A stretch of 64,000 nucleotides of DNA, taken from positions 150,377 to 214,376 of the forward strand of contig CANHGK010000003.1 in the NCBI GenBank assembly GCA_947460235.1, written 5' to 3'. The translations under genes and the position numbers were made by a program. Below are positions 46,570 through 56,835 of this stretch, one piece after another (the first letter of the stretch is position 1; each line of letters begins with the position of its first letter). This stretch comes from Paenibacillaceae bacterium (GTDB lineage: Bacteria > Bacillota > Bacilli > Paenibacillales > CANHGK01). The notes under the pieces were generated by a model. That model saw only the letters and a program-made list of their open reading frames with translations. It was not told the origin of the DNA and made no database searches.

Positions 46570-47514
46570 TTATTGATTCATTCCACTTAAATTAAAAGCA
46601 AACGTTCGTGGTTTTTGTTCTGTGCCCGTATCCAACATGGAACCGTTCACCGACATATCGACCGCACTCGGATTTCCTAGTTTGATATAAAGAACTTTCA
46701 CTGATTTTAAATCAATGACTTCCCCGCGTTCAAATACATCTTTTCCAAGTTTGATTTTGGATCCGCGTTTTGAATCTTCGCGAACTTCAATCCAGGATGC
46801 ATCGCCGCGAATCGACAACTTCAAATTCAATTGCGGTACACCACTTAAGACATATCCTTCAACACCCTTAACACTTTCAAAAGATTCCATCGTTCCACTC
46901 GAAGTATCTGAATCTGATGCTAAATCACCAACATACGTATATGTTCCAGATGATTCAGTCGTCACGGTTGAATTCGGTTCGGGAGATTGTTCGGAAAGCA
47001 TTTGTAGTAGAGTATTCGTAGGTACCGCTTCAGGTGTACTTGTCGCCATGTCCCACGACTCCGCCAATTGTTTTTCGCCCATATTACTAATCCGATCAGG
47101 CGATACGGTTGGATTTTCTGCTGGGTTCGCCTCTTTACCTGATAACCATGAATAAATCGATAATAATAAAATAAACGCCAAACTCCACCCCAAAATCGCA
47201 GGCGCAAAACGTTGTAATCTGATTTGCCATGACGATTGTTCCGGCGTTCGAGTAATCGGATTAGGCAGATTGGACTCATGAGATACTAAATATGGTTTTG
47301 CTTGATTTAACAATTCCGTCGCAGGTAACCCCAATGCTTCCGCATATGTTTTCACGAACATTTTCGCGTAAAATCCACCGGGCAATACAGACCAGTCACC
47401 GGCTTCAATTGCTTCTAAGTAAGACAAACGAATCTTAGTAACTTCGTGCATTTGTGATAATGTCTTACCTTGCTCCATACGAGCCTGTTGTATTCTTGCT
47501 CCCAGTTCCCGCAT
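46570..47514 (-). CDS. rodZ: RodZ-like cytoskeleton protein (YmfM): Xre-type HTH, TM, C-terminal DUF4115-like domain
   Basis: It has an N-terminal HTH (LGARIQQARMEQGKTLSQMHEVTKIRLSYLEAIE), a single TM and a low-complexity linker. Its ymf-operon position is conserved. Confidence 0.8.
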   Translation of the reverse strand: MRELGARIQQARMEQGKTLSQMHEVTKIRLSYLEAIEAGDWSVLPGGFYAKMFVKTYAEALGLPATELLNQAKPYLVSHESNLPNPITRTPEQSSWQIRLQRFAPAILGWSLAFILLLSIYSWLSGKEANPAENPTVSPDRISNMGEKQLAESWDMATSTPEAVPTNTLLQMLSEQSPEPNSTVTTESSGTYTYVGDLASDSDTSSGTMESFESVKGVEGYVLSGVPQLNLKLSIRGDASWIEVREDSKRGSKIKLGKDVFERGEVIDLKSVKVLYIKLGNPSAVDMSVNGSMLDTGTEQKPRTFAFNLSGMNQ

Positions 47515-47529
47515 TCGATTTCCTCCTGC

Positions 47530-48297
47530 TTAAAAATCTTCCATTCCAGTAGTAAATGTATCGTAATTGATTTCTTCATCAGGGTGGTTTCTTAATTCAA
47601 TAATATAATCGAACGCTTGATAATCATATCTTGTTTCGCGCATAAACACGTCTGGATGTTCGATAATTTTCGTAGAAGGCATATTCATAATTTCATGTAC
47701 AAGGTTGTGGTGCATTTCATTGGCGCGTCTTGTCGTAATGATCGCATCAATAATATATATGTTATTCGAATTTCGTTCATCATCTGCTAAATGCGTCCTT
47801 ACGGTCTGACGCAACATGGTGGAACTCAAAAACGTCCAACGTTTCATCGCACAAACTGAACCAGCAATGATCGATTCCGTTTTGCCGACACGAGGCATCC
47901 CACGTACACCAATCACCTGATGACCTTCTTTTTTGCAAATTTCGCCAAGAAAATCAACGAGCACACCAAGTTCCTCCCGGGTAAACCGGAATGTTTTGCG
48001 ATCATCGGAATCGCGTGAAATATAGCGTCCATGACGAACCGCTAATCGATCCGTCAATTTGGGTTGACGAAGTTTGGTCACGGTAATATTGTCTACTTTC
48101 GCAAGTATTTTACCGAGCAATTCAATTTTTTCATCATCATCTGATTGTAAAAGGAGCCCGCGGAATGAGCGGTCTTCCACACCATTAATCGTTAAAATAT
48201 TGATCTCCAACATCCCTAGCATGGAAGCAATATCACCAAGCAAACCAGGTCGGTTTTTATGGATTTTGTACTCCATATACCACTGCTTTTTTTCCAA
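47530..48297 (-). CDS. ymfK: YmfK-like protein (DUF3388): ACT-like domain plus a P-loop-containing domain
   Basis: The TTG at 48297 lies 7 nt after GGGAGG. The ACT-like N-terminus is KNRPGLLGDIASMLGMLEINILTING. A Walker-A-like GMPRVGKT is present. Confidence 0.7.
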   Translation of the reverse strand: MEKKQWYMEYKIHKNRPGLLGDIASMLGMLEINILTINGVEDRSFRGLLLQSDDDEKIELLGKILAKVDNITVTKLRQPKLTDRLAVRHGRYISRDSDDRKTFRFTREELGVLVDFLGEICKKEGHQVIGVRGMPRVGKTESIIAGSVCAMKRWTFLSSTMLRQTVRTHLADDERNSNNIYIIDAIITTRRANEMHHNLVHEIMNMPSTKIIEHPDVFMRETRYDYQAFDYIIELRNHPDEEINYDTFTTGMEDF

Positions 48298-48466
48298 GTC
48301 GAGACCTCCCTGACACTCAGCACATACGTTTTCATTGATAGCATTTTCATTATACACGAAATTTTTAAAAAAGAAGAATCCATTCATAAGTTTTCAGAAA
48401 AATAGCCTGAAAATTGGACATTTCCTCCAATCTTCAAGCCATAAAACATCATGTATGCAGTTTTTA

Positions 48467-48715
48467 TTATTTCTCGTCCACCAATTTTACCATTAAACGT
48501 GCCAATGTTTGACGCTCAGGATCGGAACCAACGTCCCAAAGCATTTTGAGCAATCGCTCTTCTTGATTTTTCGGATCGATTTTGTCACTTAAAAATTGTC
48601 CAATTTCATAAGCAAGCGTTCCGATAATTTGTTCAGATACGCCAGTTGCTTGTGCACGGTTCACTTTATCCGCCAAAAATGCTTTCCACGTTTCGAATGT
48701 ACGTGTCGTACTCAT
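48467..48715 (-). CDS. ymfJ: YmfJ-like small protein (DUF3243)
   Basis: The product is 82 aa. The ATG at 48715 follows AAAGGGG. Its position in the ymf operon is conserved. Confidence 0.7.
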   Translation of the reverse strand: MSTTRTFETWKAFLADKVNRAQATGVSEQIIGTLAYEIGQFLSDKIDPKNQEERLLKMLWDVGSDPERQTLARLMVKLVDEK

Positions 48716-48798
48716 GAGTAACACCCCTTTTCTGCAGTTCACGGACTCCGTCCGCTCACTAGAAGTGTATCCATTTTCCGTAGGATTCATTCATTATT

Positions 48799-49554
48799 CT
48801 ACGTAACCCAGCCACCGTTTGGACTTATAATTTGACCGGTGATATAGCCAGATTCAGGTAATGCCAAAAAATAAACCGTCGATGCAATTTCTTGCGGAGA
48901 AGCAAATCGCCCCATTGGAATATCGGATGCAAGTGCCTCACGTTCACTTGAGTTAAAGTGTCTCATCATATCTGTTTCGACAACTCCAGGTGCTACGGCA
49001 TTGACGGTGATGCCAGAAGGCGCGAGTTCTTTTGCCAGCGATTTCGTTAGCGAATTCAATCCACCCTTGCTTGCAGCGTATACCGCTTCGCAAGAAGCAC
49101 CCGCTTCCCCCCATACAGAAGAAATGTTAATAATCCGGCCAAATTTTTGCCGAATCATATGCGGAACGACTGCCTTCGCAAGCAAAAATGGCGCCCGCAA
49201 GTTCAGCGAAATAATTTCGTCAAAATCGTTCTGTGTGATCTCTTGAACCATCCCATACTTGGCAATTCCAGCATTATTCACGAGCACATCCGGCTCAAAT
49301 CCATTGGCCTTACACCGTTCAAAAATGCGCTGAATGCTTTCAACATCCCTCAAATCAGCTTGTACGGTGATCACCTTTGCGCCTTTTTCCTTACATTTTC
49401 GGGCGACTTCATTGACCTGCTCATGCGCCTGATGGTAGTGCAAAATCAAACGAACTTTGAGTTCCGACAATCTGATTGCAACAGCAGCACCGATTCCGCG
49501 GCTTGCACCAGTAATCAGTACGGTTAGTTCCTCGAAAGGGCGATCCCAATTCAT
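48799..49554 (-). CDS. ymfI: Short-chain dehydrogenase/reductase, FabG-like (YmfI)
   Basis: TGASRGIG and the YxxxK motif (YAASKGG) are present. Its start overlaps the ymfH stop. Confidence 0.85.
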   Translation of the reverse strand: MNWDRPFEELTVLITGASRGIGAAVAIRLSELKVRLILHYHQAHEQVNEVARKCKEKGAKVITVQADLRDVESIQRIFERCKANGFEPDVLVNNAGIAKYGMVQEITQNDFDEIISLNLRAPFLLAKAVVPHMIRQKFGRIINISSVWGEAGASCEAVYAASKGGLNSLTKSLAKELAPSGITVNAVAPGVVETDMMRHFNSSEREALASDIPMGRFASPQEIASTVYFLALPESGYITGQIISPNGGWVT

Positions 49555-50852
49555 GCACTCACCTGCTTTTTCCCAACAACAGTAAGTGCTGCATCTTCCC
49601 AGTTCATAAGCTCGTAAAAACGAGCTTCCACTTCTTCCATCCGAATCGACTGGAATAATTGACCGGTCTTAAACACATCTTGATCTCGATGCAGACTTCG
49701 AATATATGCTTGTGCAAGTCCTTCAGGTGATTGACGCAGACGCACCCACGATGCCACCGATTTACGGCGCAATCGTTCAAACTCTTCCCGTTCTTTATCC
49801 GCAACAGGTTGAATGGATAGTTGATACAATTCCTCAAACACTCGCGCAGGGTCAGGTGTGTCCCCGCCAAGCACTGTCATTGCCGCCCCTGGAACATTCA
49901 ACCAACCTGGCGAAAATTGATCGGTAATCAGTCCCTTTGCATAAAGCGGTTGGATATTCGCTGCACTGCTTCCAAAGCGCCAATCTAGTGCAAGGTTCGT
50001 GATCATTTGGCGACGCATATTAACGTCGGGAGAAATGGAAGGCGGCGAATCTAAAAATGATATCCTAAATTTATCAAGCGGTAATTTCCATTCGTGGTAT
50101 AACGTTTTTGATGGTGTCACGCTATTAATACCATTCGCTGAAAAAGAAATCTTTCCCGTATTGTATTCATCTGCCGCTCGCGGAATGAGACGCTCCATAT
50201 AAGGGCGCGAAGGTAGATCCGCCTGATGCGCCGCTGTAAGCTCGAACACGGCTTCTGGTTCCACATCTCCACACACCACCAAAATCAACTGGCGCGGATG
50301 ATAATTTTGAGCGTGACATGCGTATAACCAATCCGAATCAATGTCTTCGATGGACTGGACCGTTCCGGAAATCGGAATGCGCCACGGATGCTTTTCAAAT
50401 CGCGATTGTAGCATCAATTGATATGCCTGCCAATCTGGACGATCTTGAATCATGCGAATTTCCTGAGCGATAATCCCACGTTCTTTATCCACGTTTTTCG
50501 GTTCGAAATATGGCGTTTGCACAAAGTTCAGCAATGTCTTTAAGTGGTATTTCCAATCATCGGTGCATGTGAACAAATATGATGTTTGTTCCGCACTCGT
50601 AAATGCATTGCTCGACGCGCCTTTGCGCGAAAACATCGAAAACACATCGCCTTCTGGCATCGCAAACATTTGGTGTTCAAGAAAATGGGCAATCCCGTCG
50701 GGCAATTTACGCCCATCGGGCATATGGGTATCGATCGAACCGAATGCTGTCGTTAACGTCGCATACGTTTTTTGAAAACCGGGCATTGGAATTACGGCCA
50801 CGCGAAGACCATCATCCATCACACGTTCTACTGCAGACTCAGTCATGCGCAT
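49551..50852 (-). CDS. ymfH: M16 (insulinase) family zinc peptidase, active subunit (YmfH)
   Basis: The inverted zinc motif HFLEH is present. The ATG at 50852 lies 5 nt after GGAGGTGA. Confidence 0.82.
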   Translation of the reverse strand: MRMTESAVERVMDDGLRVAVIPMPGFQKTYATLTTAFGSIDTHMPDGRKLPDGIAHFLEHQMFAMPEGDVFSMFSRKGASSNAFTSAEQTSYLFTCTDDWKYHLKTLLNFVQTPYFEPKNVDKERGIIAQEIRMIQDRPDWQAYQLMLQSRFEKHPWRIPISGTVQSIEDIDSDWLYACHAQNYHPRQLILVVCGDVEPEAVFELTAAHQADLPSRPYMERLIPRAADEYNTGKISFSANGINSVTPSKTLYHEWKLPLDKFRISFLDSPPSISPDVNMRRQMITNLALDWRFGSSAANIQPLYAKGLITDQFSPGWLNVPGAAMTVLGGDTPDPARVFEELYQLSIQPVADKEREEFERLRRKSVASWVRLRQSPEGLAQAYIRSLHRDQDVFKTGQLFQSIRMEEVEARFYELMNWEDAALTVVGKKQVSA

Positions 50853-52131
50853 GTTCGTCACCTCCGTGCTTTGGTCCATATCGGTAAACAACATCGAGTA
50901 TTAATGATTTTGCTAGGTTTGTCACTTGTTCTGGCGTCACACGATGTAACGCTTCCATCAACGATTGTAGCGTCCAATTCGCTCCGCTCAATCGATTTGC
51001 ATGTACCATTTCCGACCAAGCGGAGGGATCATCTTCACGTTCACGGAGTGCATTCGACAACATGGCCTTCGTTTGCATCCATTCATCTTCTGTGATCTCC
51101 CCGTTTTGCAGGGATTCGATTTGTGCAAAGATGACGCTACGCGCTTCTTCTTCGCGTTCCGGTGCAACTCCGGTTTGGATCATCACGCGTTCGGTCATCG
51201 CATCAAAACGTGACGACGCATAATAGGCAAGGCTCGCTTTTTCGCGTACATGTTGAAACAATTTTGAGTGTGCATATCCGCCAAGTACACCGTTTAACAT
51301 CATCGCAATTGGAAATTGATCTGAAGATCGAGAGACGGGCAAATGATATGCCAAATTCAATTTCACTTGTTCCCCATCCCCTGTTTCCCATTCCTCAATG
51401 ACTTGTTCCGGCAAAAATGCAGACACTGACGCCCACTCATGCAATTGACTCGTAGCCGTTTCATCAACCAATTCAACAACAGAGAATTTGGCAAACCAAG
51501 ATTTACACGTCTCCGCGTCTACTGACCCTTGAATATACACATCGATGACAGCATGTGTTTTCCAATCTTCAAATACATTTAATAAGGATTCCCCGTTCCA
51601 TGGTTCAAGTTCTTCGGATTCTCCCCAAATGGAAAAACGATGCGCGTCGTGACGCATCGTCAGTTTTACCGTTTGGTCGTACGCATACGAAACTGCATCA
51701 TTTTTTTGCGAGGCAATGCGGCGCTGAATGTTCTGCTTTTCCTGTGAGAGGTAATCCGTTCGGAACGCACGTACTTCTGAACCCATTTCGAGCGCTGGAA
51801 ACAATAAATTCCCCCACCAAAACGTAATCGCTTCTTCAAGTGTATATTCGGCATCTCCGGTCAAAGCAGGCAAAACCGCATTACATTGCGCTTGCCAACT
51901 ATGTACGTTTCCGCGTTTTTGCAATTCAAAACTACTGCGAAGACCATAACGCCATTCATACTGTTGACGAAGTTCCGCTGTATCAGGACATGACGCAGAA
52001 CCGCGTCGGATCACAAACGGGATTAGTGCATACGGCGCAAGCAATTCCGCCGTTAACGGTGTAGACCAAGATGCACTGACCGCAACCGTCGCAAATTGCT
52101 CGCTCGGTCTTACGCATAGACGAACTCGCAT
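50839..52131 (-). CDS. ymfF: M16 family peptidase-like protein lacking the HxxEH motif (YmfF)
   Basis: It has insulinase-family architecture without the zinc motif. It pairs with ymfH, as in B. subtilis. Confidence 0.78.
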   Translation of the reverse strand: MRVRLCVRPSEQFATVAVSASWSTPLTAELLAPYALIPFVIRRGSASCPDTAELRQQYEWRYGLRSSFELQKRGNVHSWQAQCNAVLPALTGDAEYTLEEAITFWWGNLLFPALEMGSEVRAFRTDYLSQEKQNIQRRIASQKNDAVSYAYDQTVKLTMRHDAHRFSIWGESEELEPWNGESLLNVFEDWKTHAVIDVYIQGSVDAETCKSWFAKFSVVELVDETATSQLHEWASVSAFLPEQVIEEWETGDGEQVKLNLAYHLPVSRSSDQFPIAMMLNGVLGGYAHSKLFQHVREKASLAYYASSRFDAMTERVMIQTGVAPEREEEARSVIFAQIESLQNGEITEDEWMQTKAMLSNALREREDDPSAWSEMVHANRLSGANWTLQSLMEALHRVTPEQVTNLAKSLILDVVYRYGPKHGGDEHAHD

Positions 52132-54576
52132 TTAATTTCCACCTTTCCATCGTGCCGTACCAAGTACTTCGCGCGGTTTACTGCCCTCATACGGTCCGAC
52201 AATCCCTTTCGCTTCCATTTGATCGACAAGCCTTGCTGCACGAGCATAACCAACGCGCATGCGGCGTTGTAATAATGAAACCGATGCTTGCTTTGCTTCC
52301 ACAACGATTTGAACTGCCTGATCGAATAATTCATCCAAATCATCATCTTGCGCTTCGCCTTCTTCTGGCAATTCGGGAACAAATTCAATCGCCGCTTCCG
52401 CTGCAACCGCTGGGCGACCTTGATCTTTGACGAAATTCACAACCGCTTCAACTTCAACATCGGAAATAAATGCACCTTGTACACGAACTGGTTTCGATGC
52501 GCCCATCGGCAAAAACAACATATCCCCTCGGCCCAGTAACTTTTCTGCGCCTGCGCCGTCCAAAATCGTCCGAGAATCAATTTGCGATGAAACTCCAAAG
52601 GCAATTCGCGATGGAATGTTTGCTTTAATCACACCTGTAATGACATCCACAGACGGTCGCTGCGTAGCAATGATCAGATGGATTCCTGCCGCCCGAGCCA
52701 TTTGGGCCAAGCGACAAATCGCATCTTCCACATCTCCAGCCGCTACCATCATCAAATCCGCCAACTCATCTACGATCACAACGATGTATGGCATGAGCGG
52801 AGCATCCGGATTTGCCGCCGTCAACTGTGCGTTATATCCATCAATGTTCCGAGCACCATTTTTTGAAAACAATTCGTAACGCTTCTCCATCTCGGATACG
52901 ACCTTTTTCAGGGCCAGTGATGCGCGCCTTGGATCTGTGACAACGGGAGCAAGCAAATGCGGAATGCCGTTATACATGTTGAGCTCAACCATTTTGGGGT
53001 CAATCATGAGAAAACGTACTTGATCAGGTTTTGCTTTATATAGGATGCTTGTAATAATCCCATTAATACATACCGATTTTCCTGAACCCGTCGCACCAGC
53101 AACGAGCATATGCGGCATTTTCACCAAATTGGCAACGATCGGTTGACCCGAAATATCCCGGCCAAATGCAATCGTTAGGGGCGATGCGCCATCGATAAAC
53201 GTTTTCGTTTCCATCATTTCACGCATGCCGACAATTGCCACTTCCGAGTTTGGCACTTCAATCCCAATTGCTGCTTTGCCTGGAATGGGTGCTTCAATAC
53301 GAATATCTTTTGCTGCCAATGCGAGTGCGATATCATCGTTCAAACTAACAATTCGGCTCACCTTGACCCCAACATCCGGTTGCAATTCAAAACGAGTAAC
53401 TGCAGGTCCGCGGTGAACTTCAAGCACTTTTGCACGAACTCCAAAACTTTCAAGCGTTGTTTCAAGCTTGCGTGCCATCGTGCGAATTTCTTCTGCATCC
53501 CCTGTACTTGCTGGAGGTGGTATTTTTAGTAAATTGACCGAAGGCATTTCATACGGTTTCTCGGGCGCTTTGATTGGTTTCAGTGCGCCATCTAGAGATG
53601 CATTTAATTCTGCAGCTTCTTGCGGATCAAGTGGTTCTAGTGCATCCACTGGTTCCGATTTCTTGCCTTGAACTGGGACTAGAATCGGCATTGTAATTTG
53701 CTCGATTGGCCCCTCCGGACGAATCGATTGGAAATCAATAATTTTCGGTTCTGAAAATTCTCGGGAAGTACGCCCTGAAGTTGGTCCCGAAGACAAATTT
53801 GATTCCATTTCATCATCCATTGCAACAGAAGATTTGGAACCATTTTTATCTTTTTTAACCGTCGTGTTTGCCGCCTCAGCGCCTAATTTCTTATTTGCTT
53901 TGGATTCTTCCATAATAGCTTTCACTTCTTCTCCGCGATTGCGCAGCGCCGTAGCAACTTGATCAAACCAATTTTTTATGGCACTCAAAATTGTTACATA
54001 AGACATCCCTGTTAACATAATCAATCCGACCGCAAAACACGTAAATGCAACAAGTTCCGCACCGAGCGGATCAACGAGCGCATACATTAGCGCATAAATG
54101 ATCGCGCCGATCATGCCGCCCCCGTCCGCCTGTGTTACGTTCAACGATTTTTCACCTTCAAGTAGCATCCCATTCCAAATGGTTTGCCACGTTTGGGTAA
54201 TCACTTCCATCCCTCGATACCCACCAACCGGATACATCCGTTCATACATAAAAGTATGGGTAATCATAAGCAGACCGACAATAAACAATGCCGCACCTGC
54301 CTGTCTAACCGTCCAAGCAAATGGCCAGTGTCTTTTAAACATCATGGCAATCCCGACATAGATTCCGTACAATCCAAGTAAACTATGCCATTCCCCCAGC
54401 AAAAAATGTCCGAATCCATCAATTATTTTCCCGATTGCTCCTAGTTTTGCGAGAGAGATGACCGAAAGTAATACGATTAATATTCCGTATAATTCAAAAC
54501 GGATCCAATCTGCCCATGGCGATGCCTCCGGTGCCGACTCGGTTTTGGCCGATCGGGTACGTCCCTTTTTACTCAA
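52132..54576 (-). CDS. spoIIIE: DNA translocase SpoIIIE/FtsK
   Basis: It has N-terminal TM segments, a linker, a motor domain with Walker A GATGSGKS and a C-terminal gamma winged helix. It lies upstream of the ymf genes. Confidence 0.9.
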   Translation of the reverse strand: MSKKGRTRSAKTESAPEASPWADWIRFELYGILIVLLSVISLAKLGAIGKIIDGFGHFLLGEWHSLLGLYGIYVGIAMMFKRHWPFAWTVRQAGAALFIVGLLMITHTFMYERMYPVGGYRGMEVITQTWQTIWNGMLLEGEKSLNVTQADGGGMIGAIIYALMYALVDPLGAELVAFTCFAVGLIMLTGMSYVTILSAIKNWFDQVATALRNRGEEVKAIMEESKANKKLGAEAANTTVKKDKNGSKSSVAMDDEMESNLSSGPTSGRTSREFSEPKIIDFQSIRPEGPIEQITMPILVPVQGKKSEPVDALEPLDPQEAAELNASLDGALKPIKAPEKPYEMPSVNLLKIPPPASTGDAEEIRTMARKLETTLESFGVRAKVLEVHRGPAVTRFELQPDVGVKVSRIVSLNDDIALALAAKDIRIEAPIPGKAAIGIEVPNSEVAIVGMREMMETKTFIDGASPLTIAFGRDISGQPIVANLVKMPHMLVAGATGSGKSVCINGIITSILYKAKPDQVRFLMIDPKMVELNMYNGIPHLLAPVVTDPRRASLALKKVVSEMEKRYELFSKNGARNIDGYNAQLTAANPDAPLMPYIVVIVDELADLMMVAAGDVEDAICRLAQMARAAGIHLIIATQRPSVDVITGVIKANIPSRIAFGVSSQIDSRTILDGAGAEKLLGRGDMLFLPMGASKPVRVQGAFISDVEVEAVVNFVKDQGRPAVAAEAAIEFVPELPEEGEAQDDDLDELFDQAVQIVVEAKQASVSLLQRRMRVGYARAARLVDQMEAKGIVGPYEGSKPREVLGTARWKGGN

Positions 54577-54599
54577 TTTGACCGCCTCCCGATCATCAC

Positions 54600-55001
54600 T
54601 TAGCTGTTACGAAATCCATAATCAATATGTAATTGCGACAATTCTTCCTCTGCGCGCATTGCCCATGCACGGCTACGCTCATCATTCATAAGCACGGCCA
54701 TACGCTGGCGTTCTTGCAATAATGTGTTTTCAAGAGATATCCGATAATCGGGCACGTCCCCAACAAATTCGTGTAAATCCATCACCGGCATTAATGCTTT
54801 TTCGCGATACGCCAATGCGCGTCGTTGGTGAAAAAAAATCCCTTCTGATTGACCGGGATGATGTAAATTCCCTTGCTCAGGATGGATAGCGACGCCGTGC
54901 ACTTCAACGACTGCTTTTGCGCCGCGGTTTTCGATTAATTTGCCTATATAGGTGCCTGTCTTATAGGATGCAAGCACGAAGCTTCCGATCTCAAATTCCA
55001 T
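54600..55001 (-). CDS. kapB: Kinase-associated protein B (KapB)-like protein
   Basis: [10 protein letters not shown]...[12 protein letters not shown]...[13 protein letters not shown]...GDVPDY parallels B. subtilis KapB as I recall it. There is no adjacent kinB. Confidence 0.7.
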   Translation of the reverse strand: MEFEIGSFVLASYKTGTYIGKLIENRGAKAVVEVHGVAIHPEQGNLHHPGQSEGIFFHQRRALAYREKALMPVMDLHEFVGDVPDYRISLENTLLQERQRMAVLMNDERSRAWAMRAEEELSQLHIDYGFRNS

Positions 55002-55068
55002 GATGTCAAAGCCTCCCTTTGCATATCATTTCGCCAACGCTGTGGAATTCCCTTTGAATCCATTGATA

Positions 55069-56835
55069 CTATGACTCTTCCGGTAATGGAACGATAATTA
55101 AATCGACCGGGAAAGCTGATCCCGCAGGGGGTGAATAACGAATCGTCACCTCTTGATCCGTGCTTCGAACACGACCAAGCAATACCAATCCGTCATATGG
55201 TGTGATCACTCCGGACCCTGGAACAGCGACATAGTTTTCGTTCAACTTGAACAACCCTTTGAATGCGCCACCACGAGGTTGTACCAAAATCGCATATTTC
55301 CCATGATTTTTCCATGAAATCGTATAATTCACACCATAATTCCCTTTATTCGTTACGCCAGCAGCTTTCGTTCGATCGATCCCATTTAACGAAACGTCAT
55401 AAAGACCATCTCCTAATGTTAACCGAAATGCTGTGTGTCCCTCAGGGGGGGTGATGGTCCATTTTACATTTGCACCATTAAACGTACCTCGCAAATGCTT
55501 GTCCGAAGCCAACTGCGTCCAATCATCCATCCGAAACATATCTGAATTGAGTGATGGCATCGCCATCACCGAAAACACTAACGCATGATCCACTTGCAAA
55601 TCCGCAAGCATATTCAAACCCATTCCCGGCTGAAGCGTCGGCCATGTAATCAAGATTACCGATTGTCCAGGATTGATCATCACTTCGGGAGGTGCTTCAC
55701 TCGTTGGAGCAATAAAATCATCAAGTAATGCTGTGTAACCAAGTAGATGTGCGAATGGCGTCGGCGTTTTGCCTACTTGTTTTTTGATCGTCACGTTTGC
55801 GTTTTCCTCGCCAATATTTTTGGCGACGAGCACCACATTCATCGGCTGTCCGCCACCGTTCAAGTGACTAGCATACACGCGCACATTTCCTTGCACTTGA
55901 TCGCGATACAAAATACCCGGTTCCATGATTTTTTCGGGACTATTTGATACAAATAAAAAATCAGTTGGATCACTTGAAACGGCTTTTTCTGCCGCAGGAA
56001 GTAATCGAAAGCGTTGTTGCGATATACGATCCATCATATTTACTGTGCCCGCTGGTTTATACATTGCGTCATACAAAAAAGCATCGGCGAGAAAAACATC
56101 ATTCGAGACAGTGATCGTTTTTTCAAATGGATCACTTAATAGTCCTGAAGCATCAACAACCGTAAGTGAAATTGTATACGTACCCGGCTTAAAAAATGCT
56201 TCCTGCTTTCCGGACCATTTCCATTTCACAATTCCAATTCCATCGGGATCCAAACTTAAATCATTATATACGACCCGTTCACCAATCCGGTATTGATCGT
56301 GATTCGTCGCAAATCGCGCAACAGGTTTCCCCGGTTGTACATTTGGATCGTACAAGAGCGCATCCATTGTCGGATTCCACTCCACTTCATAACGTTTCCA
56401 AAATGCATCATATCGCGAGGTGAAGCCTAGCCATTTGGCAATCGAGTTCAGTTTGACCCAAAGCTGATCATTAATTTTTTTTACATCTGGTTCATATTTC
56501 AAAATCGTCTTCGGCGTAAATACGACATTCATCTTTTGATTAAATCCAAGTTTCTTGTCTGCCAATTTAACAATCACACTTTTTAATGTAGCATCATATT
56601 CCGCCGTTCCTCCAAGTGAACGCACAAAATTTGTGATCGGAACATACAACGCCCCATTGATGATACGCGGCGCTACTGGCCACGTTACACTTTGTTGATT
56701 TACGAATACATCCGTACGATCTTTGTACAAATACATCCTCGATATAATTTCATTTTCCGCAATTGATGGTACGGTCGGATAAATCGTCATCAAAATCATC
56801 ACCAACAGGAGCGCACGTGCGAACCATCGTTTCAT
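55069..56835 (-). CDS. Secreted protein with a copper-amine-oxidase N-terminal (stalk) domain, a PKD-like domain and an unassigned C-terminal region of about 330 aa
   Basis: It has a signal/anchor sequence (ALLLVMILMTIYPTVPSIA). The stalk motif is INGALYVPITNFVRSLGGTAEYD. The PKD-like segment is DPDGIGIVKWKWSG...PGTYTISLTVVDASG. Its ATG shares one base with the addA stop (TAATG). Confidence 0.65.
   Translation of the reverse strand: MKRWFARALLLVMILMTIYPTVPSIAENEIISRMYLYKDRTDVFVNQQSVTWPVAPRIINGALYVPITNFVRSLGGTAEYDATLKSVIVKLADKKLGFNQKMNVVFTPKTILKYEPDVKKINDQLWVKLNSIAKWLGFTSRYDAFWKRYEVEWNPTMDALLYDPNVQPGKPVARFATNHDQYRIGERVVYNDLSLDPDGIGIVKWKWSGKQEAFFKPGTYTISLTVVDASGLLSDPFEKTITVSNDVFLADAFLYDAMYKPAGTVNMMDRISQQRFRLLPAAEKAVSSDPTDFLFVSNSPEKIMEPGILYRDQVQGNVRVYASHLNGGGQPMNVVLVAKNIGEENANVTIKKQVGKTPTPFAHLLGYTALLDDFIAPTSEAPPEVMINPGQSVILITWPTLQPGMGLNMLADLQVDHALVFSVMAMPSLNSDMFRMDDWTQLASDKHLRGTFNGANVKWTITPPEGHTAFRLTLGDGLYDVSLNGIDRTKAAGVTNKGNYGVNYTISWKNHGKYAILVQPRGGAFKGLFKLNENYVAVPGSGVITPYDGLVLLGRVRSTDQEVTIRYSPPAGSAFPVDLIIVPLPEES

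Noticed and set aside
52110-52406. 98-aa minus-strand ORF spanning the spoIIIE/ymfF junction
   Set aside because: It is an alternative frame over the conserved C-terminus of SpoIIIE, with a basic junk-like composition and no RBS.
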